A DNA stretch of 48,397 bases. It comes from Candidatus Poseidoniia archaeon. GTDB taxonomy: Archaea > Thermoplasmatota > Poseidoniia > MGIII > CG-Epi1. The position numbers were made by a program, and so were the translations under genes. The notes under the pieces are model-generated. The model worked only from the letters and a program-made list of their open reading frames with translations, had not been told where the DNA came from and ran no database searches. Below, piece by piece: positions 25,953 through 35,850 of the stretch (the first letter of the stretch is position 1; the number at the start of each line of letters is the position of its first letter). The stretch is taken from assembly GCA_022449785.1 (NCBI GenBank), contig JAKURQ010000005.1, forward strand, positions 1 to 48,397, given 5' to 3'.

Positions 25953-28900
25953 ATACTTGCCTCCAGAGATGCAATTAAACTCATTCCAGGTTCTGGAAGG
26001 ATGTAATGTTTTTCATCTTGCCCCAATTCAGTATCCATTCCATTTTTCTGTACTCCTAACCAAGTAGGTAGAATGTGATGATCAGCTACGCTTTTTACAC
26101 GCAAATCCATCATTACAGCAGATGTTTCCAATTCTATAGGGCCTATTTTCAAATTCCCGCCTATAGCAAACGATAGCTCTCCACCCCTTGCATTTGCTAA
26201 TTCAAATACAGGATAAAGACCAAAAATCTGGTTAGGAATGATTTCAACATGCTCTACATCGTTTGCATGAATTATCATATAATCAAGGTAAAATTGAGGA
26301 GTGGCAGGAGAATTTGTAGCTCTCAGATATGCATTTTCAATACCATTTGGAGCATCAATTATGTAATTAATTCCTTCTAACCTCATAGTAGTATTATCTC
26401 CTACATTCGTAACATCAATGAAAGTACCTGAATGCCCTCCAGTAAATCCTTCTTCAACCATAAGTGTAACATCAATTTCTGAGGAACTAGTTGTAACAAA
26501 TACATCAGGGAATCCTTGGAAAACGAATGATTTATCCATGTCGAATTCATAATTTGGATTAATACCCATATGGAATTTTTCTGAGACATCATGAACAATG
26601 GCTTGTGCAGAGCGCCAGTCTCCATAATCCTTATTTGCTGTTTTCACCCAAATATAATCAACTCTCCCTTCAGCTTCATAGATTATATCTATTTGTTTTC
26701 CAAAAATAATATCGGCCCGTAAATCTTTTGGAATTTCTGAGAAATAAATCTCATTGTAAGAATTTCCAGATTGGTTATGAGTTTTAAGATATGAATTGCC
26801 CATTCCTCCAGTTTGTTTAACATCGAATATGGCATCTAAATCACGATCTTGACTTTTACCAATATTGAAGTATGCATCAATATTGTTGTTAATCCCTACT
26901 TCATCTAGGAAGAGTTCAATTGCAGTTTCATTTCTTCCTCGATCTAAGTCAAGATAAATCCATTCAGTTACAGGCGACCAGTCACCTAATTTTAGATTAA
27001 TAATGTCTGGTTCACCAAAATCGGTGTCAAGTATTGCAGAGGTTACTGTCCCTTCTAGATACAAACGCAGTGCATCACCTTGATCATTCTGCCTTAAAAC
27101 AATTCCGTGTGTCCATGCCAGATCCATTCCAGATACATTTCCTGAATCAAGACTTAGTATGACCCTTGATGGGGCTTCAGATGCATTGAAATTCACTCCT
27201 ATTTGATCACCTAAACTAACATCTAGATTAATGACTTCAGGTACGTCAGGCACAGCCAATTCAAGTTTACTCATTGAGCTTTTATCTTCTACAGCAGCGT
27301 ATACGGAACCTAATGGTTTATTTGATTTGAATGTTACATTGCCAACCAATGAAGATTCTTCTGCTGTTTTACCTCCTGTTCGTTCACTATCATCTAAGAA
27401 TACTGAGGCATTAAGATCAAAATTGTCTGGCAAGTCATCTATTCTCAATAGTATACTCTTATTGGCAAAATTATTCACATCAACCAATAGTCGATTCATA
27501 GCAGGAACATCATTGTTAAAATCCTCTAACTTAATGTCTAATTTTGTCCCTTCATCTTCAGGATCCCACAATTTAACACCAATATTCGGAGAAATTCCTC
27601 TAATGTATCCTTTCATGTTCATTCCGCCTTCATCAGACATGTCAAGAGTGATTCCTTCAGTCCAATATGTTTCTAATCCTTCAGTATCTCCCAACTCAAT
27701 TTCAATTGCAACAAGATCAATAGCTTGATTTGAATTTATTTCAAAATCTAATAAATCATCTTTAATGTCCATTTGTACTTCCATATTTCCAGGTAAATTT
27801 GGAACAAAAGCTTCTATTCGGTAAGGATTTTCTTCTTCAAATTGTTCAATTACTAAGTAAACAGGACCAACCTGTTTGTTTGTATTCATTGTTAAATTTC
27901 CTTTAAGAGTTAAATTTTCAACAGTAGCATTGAGAGTTAAATCAGCATTAAGTGTTAAATCCAGACCAACGGGTATATCTTCAACAAATGCAGTTACTTT
28001 TGGACCAATAATTCCCTCTTCTTGGAATATAATATATTCAGCAGTGTCTCTAGCATTAAAATCCTCAAGTTCTAGTTCTAAATCTATTTTGTCGCCTCTT
28101 GAAGTGTAATTTGCATCAACAGACTGAGGTAATCCTTTCAGTAGTAGCCTTGCTCCAAGAATGGTTCCTCCTTCAACATCTTTTTGACTAGACCAAAGAC
28201 CTTCCACCCATCGAGGTTCTTCATCTAATAATTCTATGTTTCCTTTATCAACCCATGCAGTTACTGAAACTTCTTCATCTATATTGTAGAGGAATCTTGC
28301 AACAGTTTCAAATGATTCTACATTTGTAACTAAATTAACAGACAAACCTGCAACAGTATCTACCAAAGCCTTGCCAACATCAGATAGAGCTTCTATAAAT
28401 CTAGCAACATCTCTTAAGTCATTCACCTCTCCTACGTCACCCCCAATCACAGTATTAGCATCAAGCATAGGAACTGTTACAATAATTTCAGCAGGCAATG
28501 TGTCAACAAATACATAGGCATCAAGTCCTTGATAATCTTCCTCATAAATGGTGTCATCTATTGCTCCCACTTTGAATTGAACTGGTTGTTTATGGTTAAT
28601 TTTGAAATCTGCCAATTCTCCACTTCCATCATCATCGAGCCTCAGTGATTGCAACCAGCTCAAATTACCTGATAAACTTGCAGTTTCATTTTGAGCCCCC
28701 ATATTATTCTGATAAAGCATTACAGAACTGCCATTGTATTGAGAATGATTCCATACCCAAGAAGTAGCTTTCCCATCTTCAGTAGCATTTGTTATTGCAA
28801 AAGTGAAATTAAACCAACTATCTGTGATTAGTCTTAGATTGCCAGATGAACTAACTATTTCAGCAGAACCAGGCAAGTGTTCTAACTTAAGTCTAGAGTA

Positions 28901-31390
28901 AATTCCACTTGCAAAACTTGTAAAAATTATATTGTCAATTATTTCATTAGCTTCGCTTCCACCAGCATAATTTAAATTTCCATTATCAACATTCAGAGTA
29001 ATATTACTAGGTATGTTGCTCAGAGTGATATTGGCCCAATGAGTAGTATCTCCTGCGTTATCAATTCCTTCAAAATAAACTCTAAATGGCTTATCTCTAT
29101 TTGGATCCATTGCTAATGAGATATTTGTAATTCCTTCTCTTGAAAAGAAGTCAATATCTCCTATGTCCGTGATTCTAGCACTGAAACTATAATCTTCATT
29201 TTTTGAGGAAATCGCAGATCTAAAATCAGGAGCGTTAGAATTCAAGTATGCAGATTCGTTATATATTGCAAAGAAATCGTCTTCGCTTCCATCCTTCAAA
29301 TCTAAATATTTGTCACTAGTTAAAAACACAAATAAGTCTTTGAGGTATACTGGTTCGTTTTGTCTATTTCGCATTCGTATCGCAACTTCACCATCACCTT
29401 CACCTATTGTTGATTGAAGAACTGCTTGAGGGATAGAGCGTAACAAATCCCCAACATACACAATTCTTCCAGCTAAACCTAACAAAATATCACTAATAAA
29501 TGCCCCCACTAATGAACTGTCTAGGCTTGTTTCATCGTCATTTACTGGGATTGTTGAACCGCCTGTTTCATCTAATTTTAGGTTACCTTCAAGAACTAAG
29601 CTTTCCGGTAAATCACTAATTTCAAGACCTGTGAATAATTTATAATCATGATCGGACCAAGTTGCACTTCGTCCATCTTCTGTATAATATTCGTAGTCTC
29701 CATAAACTATGGACTCAACACTTTCAGTTGCATGAAATTCAATCACAGTCCAGTTCTTTTCAGGAGTTGATTCATTCCGAACTTCTAACCATAGTGATGC
29801 TTCAGGCATATTTAATTCATCTAAACATACTTCATTTCCAGACAAATCAATACTACAAACAGGTACTCCTGTTACATCAGCTACGATATGCGAAAGGAAA
29901 GAATCCGTCCCATCATCAGGTTTTAGATTTGCTTCATAATACTGGAAAAACAAATCAAATTTCTTATTTGCTTCGTTAGGATTTGTTGTTTCTGCGGGTG
30001 GTGCATATAATTCAATTGAATCTCTATCTACTCCATTCTTATTCTCTGCAACAATTCGCACTTTTAATTCATCAGGGACTTTGCCTCTTGGATTTTCCAA
30101 ATCAACTTTGATAAATGTTGTTTCTTCAAGTGCATCACCCGGGTTAATTGTAGTTCCACTGCTCCAGTTATATTTCAGATAGCCTATTGCAATTTCAAGA
30201 GAGTCAATTCCATTATTGAATGGATTATTAGTATCATTATTCATCGAAACTGAAATTTCATAAGGAGCATTTACGTAATCTACATCTCCTGGATTTAATC
30301 CAATTCCTCCCCCGTCAGGCCCTATTGTGAATATAAATTCTTCAATTACTACTGTTAAGCTATATTCTTCAGGTACTTCATTTGCAGGAAATTGTGTGTT
30401 GACACCCCATACATAGGTTTGGTCATCATTATCTTCATTTTGATATGTTATACCTCTTACAATAGCCACGTCTAAAGTTTGATTTAAATCTTGTAATTCC
30501 TCGAATTCAAAAGCAATTCCAACATTAGCCTCTAATCCCACATCTCCATCAATTGGATTTACATCTGTCTGGTCATTAATCAGATCATTGATTACAGGTA
30601 CAAGTCTTGCACGTATTTCATCCTCACCATCTTCATCTACATCAATATTGACCCATGCAGCGTCCCCTTCATCTAAGGCATTGACAAATGTCAGGATAAA
30701 TTGTGCAACAATATTCTCTAGACCCAATGATTCTACCCATGCAGCTATTATTGCTGTTGAGGCACCCCATATTGTAGAGGCTAAATTCGCTTCAACAACA
30801 CCTTCTTCACAAGGCGCATCAGGAGGTGCTTCATCCCCACATCCACTTACATCAATAGTCCCATTCCCATTAGCATCATATGCCCAGTAAATCAGATAAG
30901 TTTCTGTAAAAATTGATAGAGCCGTTCCAAGAAATGAGTCTTGGTAAAGATCAGCATCATTCGTCATAGTGTTGATAATATCGGCTTTTATTGGTTCAGG
31001 ATCATTTACGGCAGTAGGTTCTAATCCTCGATTTGCGTAGTCATAAACTACTGTTTCATAATCATTGATGTCAGCTACTACATTCTCGCTTTCATCTTTG
31101 TTATTCATCGAAACTTCTCTGGCTTCAAGTAAAGATAAATCTAGTTCGTTTCCTTCATGAATTGATCTAAGGAAGTTCAATTCATCAATCACAGTTTTGT
31201 TTATTTCATCATTTCTTTGATTTACACTCTGGAAAAAAGTATCAAGTTCTTGTGCAGTTCCATAATTAGCCTCAAGATTGTTTGGACCTGTTGCCGTTGG
31301 CAACAATACAACTTGAAGTACCATCATCAAAATCACCGAAATAGTGATAATCTTTTTTCGATTCATTACTTTGAATGATGATATCTTCAT
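25949..31390 (-). CDS. Giant (~1800 aa) secreted acidic surface protein with internal ~165-185-aa repeat modules, function unknown
   Basis: Uninterrupted ORF. Signal/anchor MNRKKIITISVILMMVLQVVLLPTATG. There are many N-x-S/T sequons and no C-terminal TM. The start is uncertain: TTG 31435 (ORF maximum), ATG 31390 (preferred, TATA-like TTATTTATAG about 26 nt upstream) or ATG 31366. Confidence 0.75.
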   Translation of the reverse strand: MKISSFKVMNRKKIITISVILMMVLQVVLLPTATGPNNLEANYGTAQELDTFFQSVNQRNDEINKTVIDELNFLRSIHEGNELDLSLLEAREVSMNNKDESENVVADINDYETVVYDYANRGLEPTAVNDPEPIKADIINTMTNDADLYQDSFLGTALSIFTETYLIYWAYDANGNGTIDVSGCGDEAPPDAPCEEGVVEANLASTIWGASTAIIAAWVESLGLENIVAQFILTFVNALDEGDAAWVNIDVDEDGEDEIRARLVPVINDLINDQTDVNPIDGDVGLEANVGIAFEFEELQDLNQTLDVAIVRGITYQNEDNDDQTYVWGVNTQFPANEVPEEYSLTVVIEEFIFTIGPDGGGIGLNPGDVDYVNAPYEISVSMNNDTNNPFNNGIDSLEIAIGYLKYNWSSGTTINPGDALEETTFIKVDLENPRGKVPDELKVRIVAENKNGVDRDSIELYAPPAETTNPNEANKKFDLFFQYYEANLKPDDGTDSFLSHIVADVTGVPVCSIDLSGNEVCLDELNMPEASLWLEVRNESTPEKNWTVIEFHATESVESIVYGDYEYYTEDGRSATWSDHDYKLFTGLEISDLPESLVLEGNLKLDETGGSTIPVNDDETSLDSSLVGAFISDILLGLAGRIVYVGDLLRSIPQAVLQSTIGEGDGEVAIRMRNRQNEPVYLKDLFVFLTSDKYLDLKDGSEDDFFAIYNESAYLNSNAPDFRSAISSKNEDYSFSARITDIGDIDFFSREGITNISLAMDPNRDKPFRVYFEGIDNAGDTTHWANITLSNIPSNITLNVDNGNLNYAGGSEANEIIDNIIFTSFASGIYSRLKLEHLPGSAEIVSSSGNLRLITDSWFNFTFAITNATEDGKATSWVWNHSQYNGSSVMLYQNNMGAQNETASLSGNLSWLQSLRLDDDGSGELADFKINHKQPVQFKVGAIDDTIYEEDYQGLDAYVFVDTLPAEIIVTVPMLDANTVIGGDVGEVNDLRDVARFIEALSDVGKALVDTVAGLSVNLVTNVESFETVARFLYNIDEEVSVTAWVDKGNIELLDEEPRWVEGLWSSQKDVEGGTILGARLLLKGLPQSVDANYTSRGDKIDLELELEDFNARDTAEYIIFQEEGIIGPKVTAFVEDIPVGLDLTLNADLTLNATVENLTLKGNLTMNTNKQVGPVYLVIEQFEEENPYRIEAFVPNLPGNMEVQMDIKDDLLDFEINSNQAIDLVAIEIELGDTEGLETYWTEGITLDMSDEGGMNMKGYIRGISPNIGVKLWDPEDEGTKLDIKLEDFNNDVPAMNRLLVDVNNFANKSILLRIDDLPDNFDLNASVFLDDSERTGGKTAEESSLVGNVTFKSNKPLGSVYAAVEDKSSMSKLELAVPDVPEVINLDVSLGDQIGVNFNASEAPSRVILSLDSGNVSGMDLAWTHGIVLRQNDQGDALRLYLEGTVTSAILDTDFGEPDIINLKLGDWSPVTEWIYLDLDRGRNETAIELFLDEVGINNNIDAYFNIGKSQDRDLDAIFDVKQTGGMGNSYLKTHNQSGNSYNEIYFSEIPKDLRADIIFGKQIDIIYEAEGRVDYIWVKTANKDYGDWRSAQAIVHDVSEKFHMGINPNYEFDMDKSFVFQGFPDVFVTTSSSEIDVTLMVEEGFTGGHSGTFIDVTNVGDNTTMRLEGINYIIDAPNGIENAYLRATNSPATPQFYLDYMIIHANDVEHVEIIPNQIFGLYPVFELANARGGELSFAIGGNLKIGPIELETSAVMMDLRVKSVADHHILPTWLGVQKNGMDTELGQDEKHYILPEPGMSLIASLEASI

Positions 31391-31447
31391 TATTATTATT
31401 GAGAAACCATCTCTATAAATAAGGTTATTAGGCAAAATAATAGATGG

Positions 31448-31457
31448 TTTTTATATA
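31448..31457 (+). promoter_or_regulatory. TATA-like box for ftsZ
   Basis: TTTTTATATA is centred about 27 nt upstream of ATG 31480. Confidence 0.4.
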
Positions 31458-31479
31458 GTGAATCATTTACAATGTGAAA

Positions 31480-32571
31480 ATGAGCGACGAGCCTTTACAA
31501 GATATCATCGCAGATGATGGTGCTTTTCAAGGGGAAACCGATGAGAGTGAATTAGAGGCTTTAGTATCTAAATTAAAGACAAATATTTTGATAATAGGCA
31601 GCGGTGGAGCTGGTAATAATACATTAACTAGACTTTACAAAGAAGGTATGACTGCAATTGAACTTCTAGCAGTTAACACAGATGCTCAACATTTGCTCAA
31701 TACACCTATTCCTCATAGAATGCTAATTGGTAAAAAATTAACTAGAGGATTAGGCGCAGGCTCAGAACCGAGTGTTGGTGAAGGTGCAGCAGAAGAAGCA
31801 CGTTTAGACCTCCTTGAAGCTTGTCAAGATGCAGATATTGTTTTTCTGACTGGTGGTCTTGGAGGTGGCACTGGCACAGGTTCACTTCCAGTCTTAGCTA
31901 AAATAGCAAAGGAACGAGGTGCATTGACTATTGCAATAGTCACCCTTCCATTTGGCAATGAAGGTGCTCGACGTAATCGAAATGCAAGATTAGGCTTAGA
32001 GAAGTTGCGCAAGTCAGCAGATACAGTTATTGTTATCCCTAATGATAAATTACTTCAAGATAATATAGCAAATTTACCTTTAAACACTGCTTTTAGACAA
32101 GCAGACGAAATTTTGGGTAATGCAATAAGATGTATGACTGAAATTACTTCTCAGGGAGGTTTGGTCAATATTGATTTTGCAGATATGAGATCTATCATGG
32201 ATGGCGGAGGAGTAGCCATGATTGGAATGGGTGAAGGACAAGGCACTAATCGTGCATCAGATGCAGTTATTGCAGCTTTGACTTCTCCATTATTAGAAAT
32301 AGATATTGCAGCTTCTGAGGGAGCGCTTGTAAATGTCACTGGTGGAGATGATATGACACTACAAGAAGCGCATGAAGTTGTGAAAGAAGTACATAGTAAG
32401 ATTAATAAAGATGCCCGAATCATTTGGGGAGCTTCGATAGATTCTACTCTCGAGCATCAAATACGAGTGATGCTCGTAGTTACTGGTGTCAAATCTCCTC
32501 AGATATTGGGACCGCCGTCGGGAGTGGATGATGGGTTGCAAAATAGATACGGCATAGAGTTCGTACAATAA
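31480..32571 (+). CDS. ftsZ: Cell division protein FtsZ
   Basis: GSGGAGNN, tubulin signature [34 protein letters not shown]. The listed ORF begins at GTG 31474; ATG 31480 fits the TATA spacing. Confidence 0.93.
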   Translation: MSDEPLQDIIADDGAFQGETDESELEALVSKLKTNILIIGSGGAGNNTLTRLYKEGMTAIELLAVNTDAQHLLNTPIPHRMLIGKKLTRGLGAGSEPSVGEGAAEEARLDLLEACQDADIVFLTGGLGGGTGTGSLPVLAKIAKERGALTIAIVTLPFGNEGARRNRNARLGLEKLRKSADTVIVIPNDKLLQDNIANLPLNTAFRQADEILGNAIRCMTEITSQGGLVNIDFADMRSIMDGGGVAMIGMGEGQGTNRASDAVIAALTSPLLEIDIAASEGALVNVTGGDDMTLQEAHEVVKEVHSKINKDARIIWGASIDSTLEHQIRVMLVVTGVKSPQILGPPSGVDDGLQNRYGIEFVQ

Positions 32572-32575
32572 ACGC

Positions 32576-32815
32576 ATGAGTTTCATAGAAAAAGTATGGC
32601 AAACGCAACATAAGCTTGAGGAACGTTTCAAGCGAATAGGTAGGGGTCAGTATGGCCGTGTTTTACGTTTAGCACGTAAACCAACTACTGATGAGTTTGT
32701 TAAGAGTTCATGGGTAGTAGGTATAGGGATTGCAATTATTGGTTTCATTGGTTTTGTTGTCTATTATATTTGGCTTAAAGCACCACCTATTGTAGCAGAT
32801 TTATTAGGAATTTAG
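32576..32815 (+). CDS. secE: Protein translocase subunit SecE (Sec61-gamma)
   Basis: 79 aa. RVLRLARKPTTDEFVKSSWVVGIGIAIIGFIGFVVYYIW is a single C-terminal TM. The gene sits in the conserved position upstream of spt5/nusG-rpl11. Confidence 0.8.
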   Translation: MSFIEKVWQTQHKLEERFKRIGRGQYGRVLRLARKPTTDEFVKSSWVVGIGIAIIGFIGFVVYYIWLKAPPIVADLLGI

Positions 32816-32819
32816 AAAC

Positions 32820-33374
32820 ATGGCAAGATTCATCGAAGAAGAAGAAAATGATGTTGAAGCTCCAACAGAGCCGTCTTCAGATACGAAGATATACACAATG
32901 AAATCACAAATTGGACATGAGAGAACGGCAAGTGAAAGATTAGCTGACAGAGTAAGGAGAAGTGGAGCTCCAATCTTTTCAATTCTTGCACCTTCTAAAT
33001 TGAGAGGATATATTTTTGTTGAAACAGATAGCCCTGAGGCACTTAGAGACAATCTCAAAGGCTTGACACATGCCAGGGGAATGGTCATGAATAAGGGAAA
33101 AGGATATGGACGTTCTAAAGAACCTGATACTTTTGGAACTACTAGTTTGGAAGAATTAAAACCACATCTTACACCACCTCCTGCAGTTTCAGGTATTGAA
33201 GAAGGAAACATCGTTGAAGTTATTTCAGGTCCTTTCAAGGGTGAAAAAGCCCGTGTTCAACGTATAGATCAGTCAAAAGAAGAAGTTACAGTTGAACTAT
33301 TCGAAGCAATGGTACCAATTCCAATTACAGTACGTGGAGATCACGTTAGAGTTTTAGAAAAAGAGGTTAATTAA
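32820..33374 (+). CDS. spt5: Transcription elongation factor Spt5 (archaeal NusG)
   Basis: NGN domain (IYTMKSQIGHERTASERL...LRGYIFVETD) and KOW motif (GNIVEVISGPFKGEKARVQRID). Confidence 0.9.
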   Translation: MARFIEEEENDVEAPTEPSSDTKIYTMKSQIGHERTASERLADRVRRSGAPIFSILAPSKLRGYIFVETDSPEALRDNLKGLTHARGMVMNKGKGYGRSKEPDTFGTTSLEELKPHLTPPPAVSGIEEGNIVEVISGPFKGEKARVQRIDQSKEEVTVELFEAMVPIPITVRGDHVRVLEKEVN

Positions 33375-33844
33375 TGGCAGAAACAGTTGAAGCATTAGTT
33401 GATGCCGGTAAGGCATCTGCAGGTCCACCATTAGGTCCATCTTTAGGGCCATCCGGTGTAAATGTTAAAGAAGTGATAGATCAAATTAATTCCAAAACTA
33501 AGGATATGGAAGGTATGCAAGTACCTGTAAAAGTCAAAGTTGAGGATGACAAGAGTTTCACAATTGAAGTAGGTACTCCTCCTGCATCATCACTAATTAA
33601 ACAAATACTAAATATTGAAAAAGGTTCAGGAGAAGCAGGCTCAGTAGTTGCAGCAGATTTACCACTAGAAAAAGCAATAAAAGTTGCTAAGCAAAAAGGT
33701 CCTGGATTAACTGGTGGAGACATCAAAGCCATGACTTCGGAAATTCTTGGTGTTGCAAAATCAATGGGTTTGACTTGTGAAGAAAAAGATCCTAAGGAAA
33801 TTCAAGCATCAATAAAGTCTGGTTCTTTAGACGACCGTTTTTAA
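33374..33844 (+). CDS. rpl11: 50S ribosomal protein L11 (uL11)
   Basis: GKASAGPPLGPSLGPSGVNVKEVIDQIN and a C-terminal RNA-binding domain. The start overlaps the spt5 stop (TAATG). Confidence 0.93.
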   Translation: MAETVEALVDAGKASAGPPLGPSLGPSGVNVKEVIDQINSKTKDMEGMQVPVKVKVEDDKSFTIEVGTPPASSLIKQILNIEKGSGEAGSVVAADLPLEKAIKVAKQKGPGLTGGDIKAMTSEILGVAKSMGLTCEEKDPKEIQASIKSGSLDDRF

Positions 33845-34303
33845 TTATAGAAAATTAATATTTTCTTCATCTATCTTGCGGCCACAGTAGGTGCATTGAA
33901 TCTGTATAGATTTATTATCCACAAGACTAAAGTTAGAGGTTGCACCTCTTTCATTGTTACATATACAGTTTTCATTTGGACATTGAACAACATCAGAAAT
34001 AAATTCAGGAATATCAACTATTTTCTTGTCAGCCACAGCATAGTTTCTGATAATATTGACACGTGCGCTAGGAGATAGTAGGGCTAATTTTTCTATTTCA
34101 TTTTCGTCCAATTCTCGATCTTCTACTTTGATAATATCCTTTCGCTTCTGTTTTTTACTTTGAACATTTATGAGCAGACTAATGGTAGTCCCACTATTGC
34201 CTAATTCCAAAATGTCTAAAATTTTCCTTCCCCTTCCAGCTTCGATGTGATCTATTACTGTTCCATTTCGTATAGGTTGAACTTTCAATAAATTTCCACT
34301 CAT
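33845..34303 (-). CDS. pyrI: Aspartate carbamoyltransferase regulatory subunit
   Basis: LKVQPIRNGTVIDHI N-terminus and a C-terminal Zn domain with 4 Cys (CPNENCICNNE ... CTYCGRK). 4-nt overlap with pyrB. Confidence 0.9.
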   Translation of the reverse strand: MSGNLLKVQPIRNGTVIDHIEAGRGRKILDILELGNSGTTISLLINVQSKKQKRKDIIKVEDRELDENEIEKLALLSPSARVNIIRNYAVADKKIVDIPEFISDVVQCPNENCICNNERGATSNFSLVDNKSIQIQCTYCGRKIDEENINFL

Positions 34304-35208
34304 TTATTACCTCTAATCAACTTCTCAAGTAATGCCATTCTTACAGGCACCCCATTGAATGCTTGCCTAAAGTAAGCTGCATGTTTCGTATCATCAACAT
34401 CTGTCGAAATTTCACTAACTCTTGGTAGTGGATGTAAAATTTTCAACTTTGATTTTGCATTTCTTAGCAATTCTGCGTCTATTTTGTAAGCTCCTGCAAC
34501 TTTCTTGTAATCTTCTATGTCTGGAAATCTTTCTTTTTGGATTCTTGTAACATATAGTACATCTAGTTTTCCAAGTATCTTGTTTAAAGTTTCATGTGTT
34601 GACCATTTGTTCTCTAATTCATCAGTAACGTGTTCAGGCATAGACAAACTTTCAGGAGATATAAAGAAGAATCGAGTCTTGAATCTATCAAGGGCTTGTG
34701 ACAGCGAGTGTACGGTCCTTCCATACCTTAAATCCCCTAGCATTCCAACTTTTAGGCCTTCTAATTTTCCAACTTCTTCTTTTATTGTAAAGAGATCCAA
34801 TAATGTTTGTGTAGGATGTTGTCCAGCTCCATCACCACCATTGATGATAGGGACATCAGAAACTTCTGATGCTAATTTAGCAGAACCTTCTCTAGGATGC
34901 CGAAGCACTACCGCATCTGAATATCCAGCCACCATTCGTATTGCATCCGAAAGTGTTTCGCCTTTTAGATGTGAAGTTGCAGAAGGGTCTGCAAATCCGA
35001 TACAACTTCCTCCTAATCTTTGCATTGCACTTTCAAAAGATAATCTAGTTCTAGTTGAGGGTTCAAAGAAACAAGTTGCAAGAATTTTCCCATCTAAAGT
35101 CTTAGATTTCTTATTGCCTTTAGCCACTGGCAACAGTTCCTTTGCACGCTTCAGAATGCCCATGATGCTTTTTTTGTCTAAATCTTCTATGGACACTATG
35201 TGCTTCAT
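34300..35208 (-). CDS. pyrB: Aspartate carbamoyltransferase catalytic subunit
   Basis: FFEPSTRTRLSFESA, HPTQTLLD and LHPLPRV motifs. Confidence 0.95.
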   Translation of the reverse strand: MKHIVSIEDLDKKSIMGILKRAKELLPVAKGNKKSKTLDGKILATCFFEPSTRTRLSFESAMQRLGGSCIGFADPSATSHLKGETLSDAIRMVAGYSDAVVLRHPREGSAKLASEVSDVPIINGGDGAGQHPTQTLLDLFTIKEEVGKLEGLKVGMLGDLRYGRTVHSLSQALDRFKTRFFFISPESLSMPEHVTDELENKWSTHETLNKILGKLDVLYVTRIQKERFPDIEDYKKVAGAYKIDAELLRNAKSKLKILHPLPRVSEISTDVDDTKHAAYFRQAFNGVPVRMALLEKLIRGNK

Positions 35209-35325
35209 GGCCTGCTAACGAAGGGGGTTTTTTAAATTGGCTAATGCCATTTAAATTAAGACCAACACCTCTATAAAGAGGATTTTTAGTCTACCCTAAA
35301 TTTACTTAGGAGTCAGTAATTAATT

Positions 35326-35808
35326 TTGAAAACTTTCCAGACAGTCGATGAAATTGTAGAGCATTATTTCTCTTCTAGCAGTCCCTTCAAGAGTAAAATT
35401 TATTCAGCTCTAGGTTCACTTTTTGTTGTTTTTGCAATTATAGGCATTTGGATTCCAGGATGGCCTACAGTTTCTTGGGCCGTTCCAGCAGCCTTCTTAT
35501 TTTCACTATCTAGTGAAAAATTGTTTAGGTGGACTCTCACTAATGATTATTTTGGCCCTGCATTGTTTAGATACTATGCAACAGGAAAAACACTTCCATA
35601 CCATGTTAAGTTGATTATAGCAGGATTTATTTTTTCCATGTCTAGTGCCTCAGCCTATTTTGTTTGGTTTGTTTCAACCAAAGGAAATGGTGACTTAATG
35701 AGTCCATCTTCTTGGGATGGTGCAGACCCTGGTTTTGGTGCAGGAACAATTCTTTTTGTAGGTCTTATTGGCATTTGGTATGTTTTACTTCAAGTTAAAT
35801 CAAGATAA
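35326..35808 (+). CDS. DUF454 (YbaN-like) inner membrane protein
   Basis: IGIWIPGWPTVSWAVPAAFLFSLSSEKLFRWTLTNDYFGPAL resembles the YbaN family signature. TTG start with GGAG about 14 nt upstream. Confidence 0.55.
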   Translation: MKTFQTVDEIVEHYFSSSSPFKSKIYSALGSLFVVFAIIGIWIPGWPTVSWAVPAAFLFSLSSEKLFRWTLTNDYFGPALFRYYATGKTLPYHVKLIIAGFIFSMSSASAYFVWFVSTKGNGDLMSPSSWDGADPGFGAGTILFVGLIGIWYVLLQVKSR

Positions 35809-35850
35809 TTGTCTGTTAATTCTATAAACCCTTTACCTTATTGAAATACA

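Noticed and set aside
34517-35218. A 233-aa ORF on the plus strand. Many other long ORFs are of the same kind, for example 172..438, 3916..4179, 4267..4644, 4996..5442, 7972..8433, 27231..27728, 32804..33238, 42452..42856 and 43088..43504.
   Set aside because: All lie antisense to genes with strong family motifs (pyrB, mutL, phnE, the giant protein, spt5 and others). Their composition is low-complexity and Ser/Leu-rich, as expected of shadow frames. None has recognisable motifs.
35295-35310. CCTAA-N6-TTAGG inverted repeat upstream of the DUF454 gene as a fourth DtxR-type operator.
   Set aside because: The arms are only 5 bp in an AT-rich spacer. The half-site orientation is reversed relative to the 11378-11448 sites, and there is no extended match to the consensus. 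It is likely chance.
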